Positions 9,860-19,861 of a stretch of DNA of 64,000 nucleotides are shown here, piece by piece. The notes below the pieces were generated by a model. It did not search any database, was not told the DNA's origin, and saw only the letters and a program-made list of their open reading frames with translations. The DNA is taken from sequence record OR699282.2; one strand, 5' to 3'. Every line of letters begins with the position of its first letter. Positions within the stretch are counted from its first letter, which is position 1. The stretch comes from Escherichia phage BAU.Micro_ELP-22. Made by a program: the position numbers and the translations under genes.

Positions 9860-10539
9860 TGAAAAAGAAATTAAATGAACAAGGCTTACGTCCGCAAGTT
9901 CTCAAAGATTTGATTCATCCTATCATTAGTGTTGATGAATATACTCCTAAAATTGAAGATAGTAATATTGTTATTATGTTTCAGGTACTTAACAATTTTG
10001 ATGCAGCATATGATTTATCTTCTTTTATTGAAAAATCACCTATTGATGTAGCTGATACAGAAGCAGCAGAAACACCAAATTTAGATGGTCGATATCAAGT
10101 TTATGTTGAAATGGAACGAAATGCTGAATTCCCTGAAAAACTTTTACGTTTAATTAAAACTATTGAAAATATTTGTCCAGACCCAGGTTGGAAAATACAA
10201 CTATATGGTGTTAATGACCCAATCGATGTTGATTTTGAAGAAATACAGCAGAGAATTGATTTGGGTATTCCTAGTTCAATTAGTGAGTTCCTTGATTATG
10301 CTGGTGTTTCAGTAATCAAAGAAGGAAACATGTTGACATTAAAAACAGCATATGGTAAATTACATTACAGTACTGGAAGCGGTTTTGTTTCAGAAACATA
10401 TGTGAAAAAGTTATTAAAGAATGATACACAATTAGACACTTCTCGTCTTAGTTCCATACTAGGGGAAAGCTATACAGTACTACGAAGTGGTGATCAATAT
10501 GTAATTGGAAGAAACGGGAAATATTTGGTGTTGCGATGA
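9859..10539 (+). CDS. Hypothetical protein
   Basis: 226 aa; TAATG start overlap. Confidence 0.55.
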   Translation: MKKKLNEQGLRPQVLKDLIHPIISVDEYTPKIEDSNIVIMFQVLNNFDAAYDLSSFIEKSPIDVADTEAAETPNLDGRYQVYVEMERNAEFPEKLLRLIKTIENICPDPGWKIQLYGVNDPIDVDFEEIQQRIDLGIPSSISEFLDYAGVSVIKEGNMLTLKTAYGKLHYSTGSGFVSETYVKKLLKNDTQLDTSRLSSILGESYTVLRSGDQYVIGRNGKYLVLR

Positions 10540-11354
10540 GAATTTTAAATATGCTTAAATCTCTTCACGAAACAACCAAATTACATCAGGATGAAAAGTA
10601 TCGTCGCAGCCTTACTAAAGATTTAGCATGTCGTATGTATATGCGTAGATTTGAAATTTCAAGAATTGGTAAAGGCTGGGATGATGTAAATCGTGAAGAC
10701 ATTGATCCAGATGCAATTTTTAAAGCATACATGGCTAGAAAAGTTTTCATAAATGAAAAAACTTTTTATATTGATAGTGATAGAGAATTAGAAAATAAAT
10801 TTACAAAAGGTTTATGGAAGATATGGTGTGTTGAAGTATTCGGTGAAGTATTACCTGAGCCACCTGTTCCAGAAACTTATAAAGATTTAAAAAGTATTTT
10901 TGATAATGAACATATACATTCAAATTTCTCATTATATGATACTGTGTCAGAAGCTGTATTTTATGGTGAGTTACATGGTCATAACAAATACTTTGATAGT
11001 ATGGTTAGTTTTGATTTGTTTTGTCACTTGCCTGGTGTATCAAGTTGGACATGTGATCAACACAGAGCAAGTAAGATTGATAAGCGAAAATTCTCGGCCC
11101 AAAGATTTATGCAAGTTGCTATGAGTATGTATAAACTTGATTATCTTGGTTGTCCAGAACCATATAAACATTTTTGGAAAGAAAGAGCACAAAAATGTTT
11201 AAACTATTGTATAATCCGTTTAATGGACACATACATTCTTAAGTTTAGAAATGCAACTGTATACGACATGCCTGAACCACCAAAGAATGAAAAATATCCA
11301 CCTGTCAAGACATTTGTATGGTACAAGGATAAAAGTAACAAAAGGATGCACTAA
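10536..11354 (+). CDS. Hypothetical protein
   Basis: 272 aa; ATGA overlap with upstream gene. Confidence 0.55.
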   Translation: MRILNMLKSLHETTKLHQDEKYRRSLTKDLACRMYMRRFEISRIGKGWDDVNREDIDPDAIFKAYMARKVFINEKTFYIDSDRELENKFTKGLWKIWCVEVFGEVLPEPPVPETYKDLKSIFDNEHIHSNFSLYDTVSEAVFYGELHGHNKYFDSMVSFDLFCHLPGVSSWTCDQHRASKIDKRKFSAQRFMQVAMSMYKLDYLGCPEPYKHFWKERAQKCLNYCIIRLMDTYILKFRNATVYDMPEPPKNEKYPPVKTFVWYKDKSNKRMH

Positions 11355-11370
11355 GGTGCGTCCTTTTTTC
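11343..11370 (+). terminator. Rho-independent terminator
   Basis: ggatgcac/gtgcgtcc hairpin plus TTTTTT, overlaps stop codon. Confidence 0.6.
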
Positions 11371-11379
11371 TTTTCAGGT

Positions 11380-11408
11380 GTTGACATGTGCAGTCGAAGT
11401 ATGTACAA
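11380..11408 (+). promoter_or_regulatory. Sigma70-type promoter
   Basis: TTGACA, 17 nt spacer, TACAAT. Confidence 0.55.
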
Positions 11409-11450
11409 TATCACCATCGCGTAAATTTTAATTGATTATGAGGTTTTATA

Positions 11451-12578
11451 ATGAAAGGTAAATATTTTTTCATTGAAAATGGCAAAGAAGTTGAGATTCA
11501 AGAATTTAACTATAATTATGTACTGAACTCTTTATTGAAACAATATGACCGTTCATCAAACAAAAAATACATTTATAATGTAATTGTTCGCCGCACCTAT
11601 GACTCATTGGGTAATCCGTTATTTGATGTAAAAACTCTGTCATTAGATGAAATCTATTTTGATAATAAACGTCTGAAAGTTCTTGATTTAATGAAGGATA
11701 AAATTCATTTTAGTAATATTAGAATTGATCCTAACATGCCAGTACCGCCATTAGAGTGTGAATATCGTGAATGGAAAGAAGGTCGTGCCAAACCACGTTT
11801 AGACTTGGTACAAACATCACCAGATGTACCTGCACCTATTGTTCTTAAGAAAAAACCTATCAACCCAGACGATAGCAGAATTGATGACATTGAAAGATGG
11901 GTTGAATTCCCTAGTACTATTGAAAAGAATTCAGTAAAAGTACTAGACTGGTTTGTAAACTTACCAGTTTGTGCACAAGAAATTGGAACTAAGATTCAAC
12001 AAATTTCAGAACGTCAATTGGATCTTAACTCAGCATTACAACAGCATAGTGATTATATTAGAATGCTTATGAATAACCTTACTGTTGCGTTGGAAACGTT
12101 GTTCCCATTGAAGCCGACCTTTACACAGAAATTGTTTGGTAAAACTGATATCAAAGTGCAACCATCAGATTTGCCAAAAGTGATGAAAGCACTAAATGAA
12201 GCAGTTAAGTATGACACTAATAAGTTTAGTGGTCTTAGTACGATGTTTTCAGAACTTAGAAACGAAGTTAATGAAATCAAAAATGAACTTGAATATGGTA
12301 AGTTGGGTTGTGAATACGCACTACGTTGTGTGGATGATGCGTTTGAATATGAATTAACATTAGAACGTATTATGAAAATGGGAATCACCACCTCCATGAC
12401 TGAAACGAGCATTATTGCAACAAGTAAGCAATATCAAGTTGATATGAATCGTATGGTAGATATTCAAACTATTACTATTCCTTTGATTATCAATCGTTTA
12501 CAATCACAGACAGGTAAAGCTGTGGATGAGAGTACTGTAGAAATTATTCGTAATCTGGCATATGGTAACAAAGAGTAA
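11451..12578 (+). CDS. Hypothetical protein
   Basis: 375 aa ORF. Confidence 0.55.
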   Translation: MKGKYFFIENGKEVEIQEFNYNYVLNSLLKQYDRSSNKKYIYNVIVRRTYDSLGNPLFDVKTLSLDEIYFDNKRLKVLDLMKDKIHFSNIRIDPNMPVPPLECEYREWKEGRAKPRLDLVQTSPDVPAPIVLKKKPINPDDSRIDDIERWVEFPSTIEKNSVKVLDWFVNLPVCAQEIGTKIQQISERQLDLNSALQQHSDYIRMLMNNLTVALETLFPLKPTFTQKLFGKTDIKVQPSDLPKVMKALNEAVKYDTNKFSGLSTMFSELRNEVNEIKNELEYGKLGCEYALRCVDDAFEYELTLERIMKMGITTSMTETSIIATSKQYQVDMNRMVDIQTITIPLIINRLQSQTGKAVDESTVEIIRNLAYGNKE

Positions 12579-12588
12579 AAAAAAATAC

Positions 12589-12617
12589 TTGACTATCATA
12601 CGTGCTGCCCGTATAAT
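12589..12617 (+). promoter_or_regulatory. Sigma70-type early promoter
   Basis: TTGACT, 17 nt spacer, TATAAT; inverted repeat gtgctgc/gcagcac flanks the -10. Confidence 0.65.
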
Positions 12618-12665
12618 GTTTATCACAGAGCAGCACATCATATTAAATTAAACGAGGAATACTAA

Positions 12666-13802
12666 ATGTCCGAGAAAGAAATCAATCCTAAAAAAGCATC
12701 CACCGCAGCTAAATCAGCAAAACGCACTACTAAAACTGCGTCTAAAGGTCATACAATTGATGCAAGTGATATTTTTAACCAAACTACAAAATCACTACCA
12801 GTACTGAAAGATGTTAAGGGAAATACTATGTCTCTAACAGTTCAAAACATCAATACTGTTGGTACAACTGCTGGTGCTGCTGTTGGGCGTTTGGCTGATG
12901 AAATTATGTCTAAAGTTAATGTAACGGATGACAATACCGAGTTTGGTAAATCAATCACCACAATTCTTACGTTGACTCGTGCAGTTGATATTGACAGTCT
13001 TCAAGAAGATAAATCAATTGTTGGTCGTATTAAGAAATTCTTTGTTAATGCTCAACAGAAAGTAGGTGATCAGTACAAAAACAGTAAAGAGCAAATTGAC
13101 GAAATTATGAAAACTCTTCAAACTGGTATTAATCGCCAGCACGGAGAATGTGAATGGCTTGATAAAGCATATAATGAAAACAAAGAATATTTGTTTGAAT
13201 TACGTGATACATTAGTTGGTTTAGAAGAAGTAACTAAAACACAAGATGCATTATTATTAGAAATGCAAGCAGACAAAAATGTAGACTCTTTTGCTATTCA
13301 AGAGCAAAAGATGATTTGTGAAGCACTTTCTAAACAAGAAGATAAGATTCGTCGTCTTATCATGATGTGCGAGCTAAGTGGTCCACGTTTGATGAGTATG
13401 AAAAAAGTAAACTTGAACACTGTTTCTAAGTTTGAAGATTTAAAATCTGTTGTTATTCCAGCATGGAAGTCTCAATTGGCTGAACAGTTAATTTCCGAGC
13501 GTCAACGTAAGGATAATGAACTAGGCAATCTAATTGATAATGAGACAAACCGTCTTTTGGAAACTAACTCTAAAATGGTTGCAGCAAATATGTTGGACGC
13601 AGCAAAGGCAAACAACCGTGGTATTGTGGATATTAAAACCTTGCGTAATGTACATAAAACGATGATTGACAGTATTGAAGCAGTTATTGAAGAAGAGAAA
13701 AAAGGTAAATTGGAACGTGAACGTGCTAAACAGGAAATTGCACAACTTTCCTATGAACTGGAAGACACTCTTCGTGAAATTGCCGAAAAAGCTAACAAGT
13801 AA
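12666..13802 (+). CDS. Hypothetical coiled-coil-rich protein (possibly TelA-like, unverified)
   Basis: 378 aa; lysine-rich N-terminus; family assignment is weak recall only. Confidence 0.55.
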   Translation: MSEKEINPKKASTAAKSAKRTTKTASKGHTIDASDIFNQTTKSLPVLKDVKGNTMSLTVQNINTVGTTAGAAVGRLADEIMSKVNVTDDNTEFGKSITTILTLTRAVDIDSLQEDKSIVGRIKKFFVNAQQKVGDQYKNSKEQIDEIMKTLQTGINRQHGECEWLDKAYNENKEYLFELRDTLVGLEEVTKTQDALLLEMQADKNVDSFAIQEQKMICEALSKQEDKIRRLIMMCELSGPRLMSMKKVNLNTVSKFEDLKSVVIPAWKSQLAEQLISERQRKDNELGNLIDNETNRLLETNSKMVAANMLDAAKANNRGIVDIKTLRNVHKTMIDSIEAVIEEEKKGKLERERAKQEIAQLSYELEDTLREIAEKANK

Positions 13803-13805
13803 TAG

Positions 13806-13834
13806 TTGACATATGAGTGCGTTTTTAATATAAT
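13806..13834 (+). promoter_or_regulatory. Sigma70-type early promoter
   Basis: TTGACA, 17 nt spacer, TATAAT. Confidence 0.6.
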
Positions 13835-13858
13835 CTTATTGAAAACGCACTCTTTTTA
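13815..13858 (+). terminator. Terminator hairpin whose loop contains the -10 of the next promoter
   Basis: gagtgcgtttt / aaaacgcactc 11-bp stem followed by TTTTT. Confidence 0.55.
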
Positions 13859-13881
13859 ATGTACAGATAAGGAACTAACTT

Positions 13882-14571
13882 ATGAAACGTCGTCATATTA
13901 GTGTTGATATTGAAGCTCTTGGAACACCTGAACTTTCCGGTTATGATATTATTATCCCAAATTACGCAGCAGTAGTAGTTCCAAGTAAACCTGAAAATGA
14001 CATTCGTCAGTTCTTATATATTAAATTACCATACCAGGATCAAGTTGCAACTGGTTTAAAATCAGACGCAGGTGCAATGGATTTTTGGATGAATACATGT
14101 CAGAAAGAATACCCTAATGCATATGCTGAAGTTGCCAGTACTATGAAACTCAAAGCACCTGAACTGTATGGACCTAATGGTCAATCACGACGTTTTTTTG
14201 CATACAGTAGTATTGTTGATTTCTGGAAAGAATTACGTTACAATGATTATGGTGAAGAAGTTCCTCATTCAGTCTGGGGCAACGGATGTAACTTCGATTG
14301 TAGTATTTTACAAGCAAACCATTTAAAACTAATGAACGCTGGTGAGTTGTGGAAGTATGATGCACCTGAAAATGCACGCACATTGAAACGTTTATTGAAT
14401 GAAGAAGCTCGTATTGAAATGGATGAAATCGTTTCGGTACAGTTGGATAAATTTATCAGATATGCAAATACGTGTGGGATTAATGGGTTGGAGTTACATC
14501 ACCCACTGTTTGATGCAGCACGTGAAGCAATCCAGATTTCATTCTGTCTAAACAAGCTTAAAATGGATTAA
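13882..14571 (+). CDS. dexA: DexA-like 3'-5' exonuclease (DEDDh family)
   Basis: 229 aa; Exo I motif SVDIEALG, Exo III-like HHPLFDAAREA; size and layout like T4 DexA. Confidence 0.65.
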   Translation: MKRRHISVDIEALGTPELSGYDIIIPNYAAVVVPSKPENDIRQFLYIKLPYQDQVATGLKSDAGAMDFWMNTCQKEYPNAYAEVASTMKLKAPELYGPNGQSRRFFAYSSIVDFWKELRYNDYGEEVPHSVWGNGCNFDCSILQANHLKLMNAGELWKYDAPENARTLKRLLNEEARIEMDEIVSVQLDKFIRYANTCGINGLELHHPLFDAAREAIQISFCLNKLKMD

Positions 14572-14574
14572 TAC

Positions 14575-15669
14575 ATGAATTTCATTATTCTGTTAATACC
14601 TGCTCTTATCGTTGTATTCGTTATGAAATACATGTACGATAAGCATATCAGTACTAAAGAACTATTGATTCATATTGGTTGTTGTCTGGTTGGTGCGGCT
14701 CTTGTTCTTGGTATTTCATACGCAATCAACTATAGCCAGCTTTATGATGTTGAGATTCTGAATGGTCAAGTAACTTCAAAATACAGCCACAAAGAATATT
14801 GCACACAATCTAGTTCATGTAAGCACTATACATGGCATGAGAAGTGCCATACGCGATATGATAGTAAAGGTAAATCACATCGTGAGTGTGAATCATATAA
14901 GGTTTTTGATTACTCATATGAAGTTGATTGGTATGTGAAAAGTACAGTAGGTGAGTTTGAGATTGAACGTGTGAACCGTCAAGGTACAATGACACCACCA
15001 CGTTGGCAGCAAGTTATGATTGGTGACTATGCCGCCGCAGAGAGTTCATATATCAACTATCTATTTGCTGATAAGAACTCATTGTTTAGTCCTGAAGAAC
15101 TACACAACATGTATGATGAAAAGTATCTTAGTACTATTCCAGAATACCCAAGTGTAGTTGATTATTACAAAATACATCACGTAATTAACACTACAAATTA
15201 CAACGTTGATGGTTACGATGAATACCTTCGTAATGAGCTAAAAACGATGGGTGCAAGAAAGCAGGTAAACATCCAAGTACTAGTTTATGATTACAAAGAT
15301 GTGGATTTTGTTGATGCTACCCTTGCATCGTGGCGTGGTGGTAAGAAGAATGATGTTATTATGTTCTTTGGTATTGACAATGATGGTAACGTTGTCAAAT
15401 TTTACAGTACATCATTTGCACAAGGAATGAAGAATGAAGAGTTACATGCAAAGATGCGTATTGATGCATTAAATGAAAAATTAACTCTTGACTTACTAGT
15501 TAAAGAAGTACATAATATTGACAAACATTTTGAGAGACTCTCTAATAAAGAGTTTGAGTACTTGTCAGTAAAAATGGAACCTAGAAAAGATGTTCTTATC
15601 GGTGCTTCCATTGTGTTGTTGATTCTGTCTATTTTCATTGGCCTTTATATGAGGGATAACGATTTATGA
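14575..15669 (+). CDS. Membrane protein, Cys/His-rich central region
   Basis: 364 aa; hydrophobic segments at both termini. Confidence 0.55.
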   Translation: MNFIILLIPALIVVFVMKYMYDKHISTKELLIHIGCCLVGAALVLGISYAINYSQLYDVEILNGQVTSKYSHKEYCTQSSSCKHYTWHEKCHTRYDSKGKSHRECESYKVFDYSYEVDWYVKSTVGEFEIERVNRQGTMTPPRWQQVMIGDYAAAESSYINYLFADKNSLFSPEELHNMYDEKYLSTIPEYPSVVDYYKIHHVINTTNYNVDGYDEYLRNELKTMGARKQVNIQVLVYDYKDVDFVDATLASWRGGKKNDVIMFFGIDNDGNVVKFYSTSFAQGMKNEELHAKMRIDALNEKLTLDLLVKEVHNIDKHFERLSNKEFEYLSVKMEPRKDVLIGASIVLLILSIFIGLYMRDNDL

Positions 15670-16220
15670 ATGGTAAACTCCTTGCGTTAATTGGTATTTT
15701 GGTAGTTATCGTACTAATGGTGTTTGGTTCTATTAGTATGTATGTTGGTGCACATGATCGTGCAGTTGAGTTTGAAGGAAACATTAAAAAGTACTATGAT
15801 GCATCAGAAAGTCAACTTAGCAATTATACTCTTACTATTCAAGATAAGGTTCAAGTAGCCGATAAGTATAAAGATGCGTTGAAAGAAACGATTGAATCAT
15901 ACTTTAAAGGGCGTGAAGGTGTTGACCAGAAGTTTGTAATGTCACAGATTCAACAACAGGTTCCAAATCTTGATCCTAAAATTTATCAGGAATTGATGGT
16001 GACAATTGAAACAGGACGTACAAAGTTCAACAATCTTCAGAAAATGAAAATTGACCAGTGTACTGATTATGCTAAGTTCCGCAAAGGCTTCTGGAATTCC
16101 AAAATTCTTGATTCGAATACGTTTCCAAGTGAAAATATTGAACACCTTTGTACAGTAGTATCTGATACGCGTACCAAGAAAGCAATGGATACTGGTATTC
16201 AAGAATCAATTAAACTATAA
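15666..16220 (+). CDS. Membrane-anchored hypothetical protein
   Basis: 184 aa; N-terminal TM helix; ATGA overlap. Confidence 0.55.
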   Translation: MNGKLLALIGILVVIVLMVFGSISMYVGAHDRAVEFEGNIKKYYDASESQLSNYTLTIQDKVQVADKYKDALKETIESYFKGREGVDQKFVMSQIQQQVPNLDPKIYQELMVTIETGRTKFNNLQKMKIDQCTDYAKFRKGFWNSKILDSNTFPSENIEHLCTVVSDTRTKKAMDTGIQESIKL

Positions 16221-16229
16221 TTAAATGTT

Positions 16230-16255
16230 GGGAGTACTTTGTACTCCCCTTTTCT
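16230..16255 (+). terminator. Rho-independent terminator
   Basis: gggagtac-ttt-gtactccc hairpin followed by CTTTTCT. Confidence 0.7.
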
Positions 16256-16267
16256 ATGGGGTGTACT

Positions 16268-16855
16268 ATGTTTTTAAAAAATACTTATGAATTAATTAAA
16301 ATGCTTCAAAATATGAATTCCGGTGGCTTGTTTCCCTATTACTCTGAGGATGAAACTCATCGTTTAGTCCTTAAATTGGATGAAACTGGACGTATTATAT
16401 CACTAAGAACAACAGTCCCCAGTGTAGAACCAGTAATTACCAAATCAACTCAAAATTCAGGAACTGCTGTTAAAACACCACAAACATACAACTCTAATTA
16501 CCAACAACCACAAATGTACACGATTAGCACTCCACCTATTAAACGAGTTGCTTGTATTGTGAATATAAAAGTATCTAAGGACTATCGCGACTTAATATCA
16601 GTTGAATGGTCAGAACTAACATCATCATTAGCAACAAATGGATTTGTAGTAACAAATACAGGTCTAGCACAAAATGTGAAAGAAGGACAACAGATCATGA
16701 GTGCATTGTATCTTAGTAATGGTTGTGTTATCATCAATGGTAAGTTGTATAGCGATGCCGACCCCACTGCATTCACTGAAGATTTGATTGGTGATAAAGA
16801 ATACAGCATTCTTGAAATTATGAATTTGAAAAAGGTATATGAAAACCATGACTAG
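16268..16855 (+). CDS. Hypothetical protein
   Basis: 195 aa from ATG 16268 with GGGGTG RBS. Confidence 0.5.
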   Translation: MFLKNTYELIKMLQNMNSGGLFPYYSEDETHRLVLKLDETGRIISLRTTVPSVEPVITKSTQNSGTAVKTPQTYNSNYQQPQMYTISTPPIKRVACIVNIKVSKDYRDLISVEWSELTSSLATNGFVVTNTGLAQNVKEGQQIMSALYLSNGCVIINGKLYSDADPTAFTEDLIGDKEYSILEIMNLKKVYENHD

Positions 16856-17420
16856 ATTTCATCAAGATGATTTGCCATTTATCCAAGAACTAGAAGAACT
16901 GGTGATAAGTATTATGGATGAAATTAGTACTTGGGATATAACAGTTTTTCGAAATGTATATGATAAAGTGGTGAATTTTAAAAATGTTAATATTGAAGTA
17001 AAACATAATAATTTTTACTTAACAAAACAATTCATTCTAACTCGACCAGGATCAAAGCCAGTTAAACGTAATTTATCATTCGGACACCTGATTGGTGCAG
17101 AAAATGTACATGATGAATGGGTTGATTCAATCTATTCGTATACAAAAGAACTTATTCCTGATATTGAGAAAAAATATTATCTTAGTATCACATTAGATGA
17201 AAACGGTAATCTTAATGCATATTCAATAAATTCTTCTTCAAATGTTCCATTACATTCACTGACGATTGGTGATAAAAAAATGCTAATAAATTCTGAAACA
17301 TGGTATAATAGAGAAAATTTCGCAGCAGAATCATTTCAGTACTCAGTATCTGAACCAAAGTCACCTTTTGATTTAGTGTTTGTTAATAATATTATTTTAC
17401 GTTTTGGTGTAGGAGTGTAA
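16839..17420 (+). CDS. Hypothetical protein
   Basis: 193 aa ORF. Confidence 0.5.
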   Translation: MKTMTRFHQDDLPFIQELEELVISIMDEISTWDITVFRNVYDKVVNFKNVNIEVKHNNFYLTKQFILTRPGSKPVKRNLSFGHLIGAENVHDEWVDSIYSYTKELIPDIEKKYYLSITLDENGNLNAYSINSSSNVPLHSLTIGDKKMLINSETWYNRENFAAESFQYSVSEPKSPFDLVFVNNIILRFGVGV

Positions 17421-17423
17421 TTT

Positions 17424-17777
17424 ATGCTAATTTATTTAAGTGTTATTGTAATTTCATTACTGGTATCATTCGCTGTTCTTAAAATTGTTGCTATTTGTAG
17501 AAGTAAGATTGATAGTTCTGAAACTAGTTCAGTACTTGACTTGATTATGGACCATCCTAAAATCTGTGGTATTATTGTATTATTCGTTGTACTGATTAAT
17601 ACATATATTGTCAGGGAACATTTATATAATATGTATGATTGTAGTGTTAGATCTATATCACAAGGTGTTGAAACAGACTATAGTTGGTACTATGAGAAAT
17701 GTCGATTTAAAAACCAGCATGGTATTTGGGTTGATTTTGATAAACTACGTGGAACACCTTCAGGAGAAGAAGAATAA
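17424..17777 (+). CDS. Small membrane protein
   Basis: 117 aa; two hydrophobic helices. Confidence 0.5.
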   Translation: MLIYLSVIVISLLVSFAVLKIVAICRSKIDSSETSSVLDLIMDHPKICGIIVLFVVLINTYIVREHLYNMYDCSVRSISQGVETDYSWYYEKCRFKNQHGIWVDFDKLRGTPSGEEE

Positions 17778-17779
17778 TT

Positions 17780-18271
17780 ATGTTTGAATTCCCAGAAGAG
17801 TCATTTAACTTCATTGACCCTACTGATGATGGATACCGACATATTAACATTTATAGTAAAGCCAGAACGAAGTTAGGTAGAGATCTATCTAACTTTTCTT
17901 CGCATAGCTTCACACTTGAACCATATGGTTGGTTCCCTTCAGTTGAAACATTTTACTTTTGGTTTTTAACTGGGCAAAAACATGATGACCTTAGAAAAGT
18001 ATCTGGTGCAGCAGCAAAAGCAGCCGCTAACAAATATATGCATGATCGAATTGAAATGACGGATGATTGTATTTCTATTATTCAAGATGCTATTTGTGCT
18101 AAGATAATTCAAAATCCAGAGTTAGCCGAAAGATTAAGAAAAAGCAAGTTGCCTTTTTACCATTACTATGTATATGGTGGTAAAGTTGTAGATGTATCCG
18201 ACGAACATGATTGGTTTGTTAAAACATTCGAATATATAAGAACGGTGTTAAAGGAAAACTATAATGGGTAA
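17780..18271 (+). CDS. YbiA/NADAR-like protein
   Basis: 163 aa; INIYS, LSNFS, FPSVETFYF and AKIIQNPELAERL segments parallel E. coli YbiA blocks as recalled. Confidence 0.5.
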   Translation: MFEFPEESFNFIDPTDDGYRHINIYSKARTKLGRDLSNFSSHSFTLEPYGWFPSVETFYFWFLTGQKHDDLRKVSGAAAKAAANKYMHDRIEMTDDCISIIQDAICAKIIQNPELAERLRKSKLPFYHYYVYGGKVVDVSDEHDWFVKTFEYIRTVLKENYNG

Positions 18272-18542
18272 ATGTTGGGTATGCTTCAAGGTGTTTGATG
18301 AAGAATATGAAATAATATTAGATGTATTGCCACAGCAGTACATGGTGTGTAATGAAAAATACAAATTGGACACCTACCCGACCCCCAAGTACATGGGAAT
18401 ATGTCCTTTGTGTGATGCAAATGGCGTGTCCAATAGTGAGATTTCATTCACTAACCAAGCCACAACTAACTGTGTATCTGGGTATATAAGAGAGAATCGA
18501 GAATATTTTATTAGGAGATTATATGAACGACAAAATCTTTGA
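18264..18542 (+). CDS. Zinc-ribbon protein
   Basis: 92 aa; CWVC and CPLC pairs. Confidence 0.45.
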   Translation: MGKCWVCFKVFDEEYEIILDVLPQQYMVCNEKYKLDTYPTPKYMGICPLCDANGVSNSEISFTNQATTNCVSGYIRENREYFIRRLYERQNL

Positions 18543-18753
18543 TACATATGACATCGATACTTTACTAACACCATCTGATAACAGTACTGTTAAAATGGAC
18601 ATGTACTGGATTGTCGTTGATAAAAAAGTATTTAGACATAAAATTACTAAAGTTTGGCAATGTAATAAAAACAAATCTATTGTTGAAGGATTGGCACAAT
18701 GCATTCCTAATGCAGAGGTTTTATTTTTACCATATGCATATACAAAGGAATAA
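18523..18753 (+). CDS. Hypothetical protein
   Basis: 76 aa ORF. Confidence 0.4.
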   Translation: MNDKIFDTYDIDTLLTPSDNSTVKMDMYWIVVDKKVFRHKITKVWQCNKNKSIVEGLAQCIPNAEVLFLPYAYTKE

Positions 18754-18754
18754 A

Positions 18755-18916
18755 ATGAAAAAAACTTGGAAAATATTCACAATACCTGCTATAATGTTGT
18801 TATTGGCACTTTTCACACCGCAGAGTCATGTATTGTCTCTTAATATTGTGGAAATAATTCTTCTTGTAATTCACTGTGTCGTGTGTTATAATTATGTAAA
18901 AGGTGATAAAGAATGA
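18755..18916 (+). CDS. Small membrane protein
   Basis: 53 aa from internal ATG with AAGGAA RBS; hydrophobic core. Confidence 0.4.
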   Translation: MKKTWKIFTIPAIMLLLALFTPQSHVLSLNIVEIILLVIHCVVCYNYVKGDKE

Positions 18917-19335
18917 AGTTCTTTAAAATTCGAATTGGTGTAAGTTCTGGTTTATCTCATTGGGTATTTTATGATTTACCTGATAGTTATACTATTGATG
19001 ATGTAATTGATTTATATACCGAAGATCAACAATGGGTGTTAGATACCGAAACACATAGAATTGATTGTCAAGAGATTAGTGAAGAAGATTACAAGCACGG
19101 AAAGCAAGCCATGAAGTATTTTGAAACAAATATCAAAATGCTGACTGAAAACGTATTTCCAGTAAAAGAATGGGCAATTTTACTTGCTAATCCTAAAAAA
19201 CCTGTTAGAATTGGTTATCCAAATTTTCATATGGTGTATCGTATGAATGATAAGCGAGAGCTTAACTATCAATACGATTACGATTCATCTAAGTTTGGAG
19301 TTCTTAAACAATTTTTAAAGGCTTATCCAGTATGA
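18913..19335 (+). CDS. Hypothetical protein
   Basis: 140 aa; ATGA overlap. Confidence 0.5.
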   Translation: MKFFKIRIGVSSGLSHWVFYDLPDSYTIDDVIDLYTEDQQWVLDTETHRIDCQEISEEDYKHGKQAMKYFETNIKMLTENVFPVKEWAILLANPKKPVRIGYPNFHMVYRMNDKRELNYQYDYDSSKFGVLKQFLKAYPV

Positions 19336-19667
19336 GTGAAGATAGTAAAGAGTATATTTTACGTTGTTCTTGTGGCGATAAAATGGAGCATTGCGTTCAC
19401 ATTGCACAATTTGACTTGACAGAGGAATATGGAGATGATAAACTTGGTCAATGTCTGATAAGTATGCGTTTAAATCCTTTTTTAAAATGGTATAACCGTG
19501 TATGGGTTGCAGTAAAGTATGTTTTTGGTGTAAACGACTATCAATATGTAGAAGCAACAATTGATGTTGACATTCTAAAAGAAGTTGTGTTACAATTAGA
19601 AGATACTAGAACTGATGAGGTTAAAAAAGAACAAAGAGAAAAACGTACTGATGTGAAGGTTTTATGA
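19332..19667 (+). CDS. Hypothetical protein
   Basis: 111 aa; ATGA overlap. Confidence 0.5.
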   Translation: MSEDSKEYILRCSCGDKMEHCVHIAQFDLTEEYGDDKLGQCLISMRLNPFLKWYNRVWVAVKYVFGVNDYQYVEATIDVDILKEVVLQLEDTRTDEVKKEQREKRTDVKVL

Positions 19668-19858
19668 GTACTGAACTTTATGAAAAAAAGTACTGTACAA
19701 ATTGCTCAACTGAGTATACAATACAAGGTATGTTGATTTGTACAATATGTCAGTCAAAGAAATCAGCAACTTTCATCGTTGATGATAGATTTGGTGATTT
19801 GAAACAGTTTAAAGCAAACCGCAATCTTCGTATTTTTAGCAATCTAAATAAGGAATAA
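19664..19858 (+). CDS. Zinc-ribbon protein
   Basis: 64 aa; CTNC and CTIC pairs. Confidence 0.45.
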   Translation: MSTELYEKKYCTNCSTEYTIQGMLICTICQSKKSATFIVDDRFGDLKQFKANRNLRIFSNLNKE

Positions 19859-19861
19859 TAT

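Noticed and set aside
10900-11124. Alternative-frame + strand ORFs such as 10900-11124, 22076-22291, 27912-28217, 47081-47314, 53283-53483, 56673-56861, 62488-62670
   Set aside because: Each is nested out of frame inside a longer, better-supported ORF and lacks its own RBS
12666-13802. Firm assignment of the 378-aa protein as TelA-like
   Set aside because: Based only on size and coiled-coil character; no specific motif could be verified by eye
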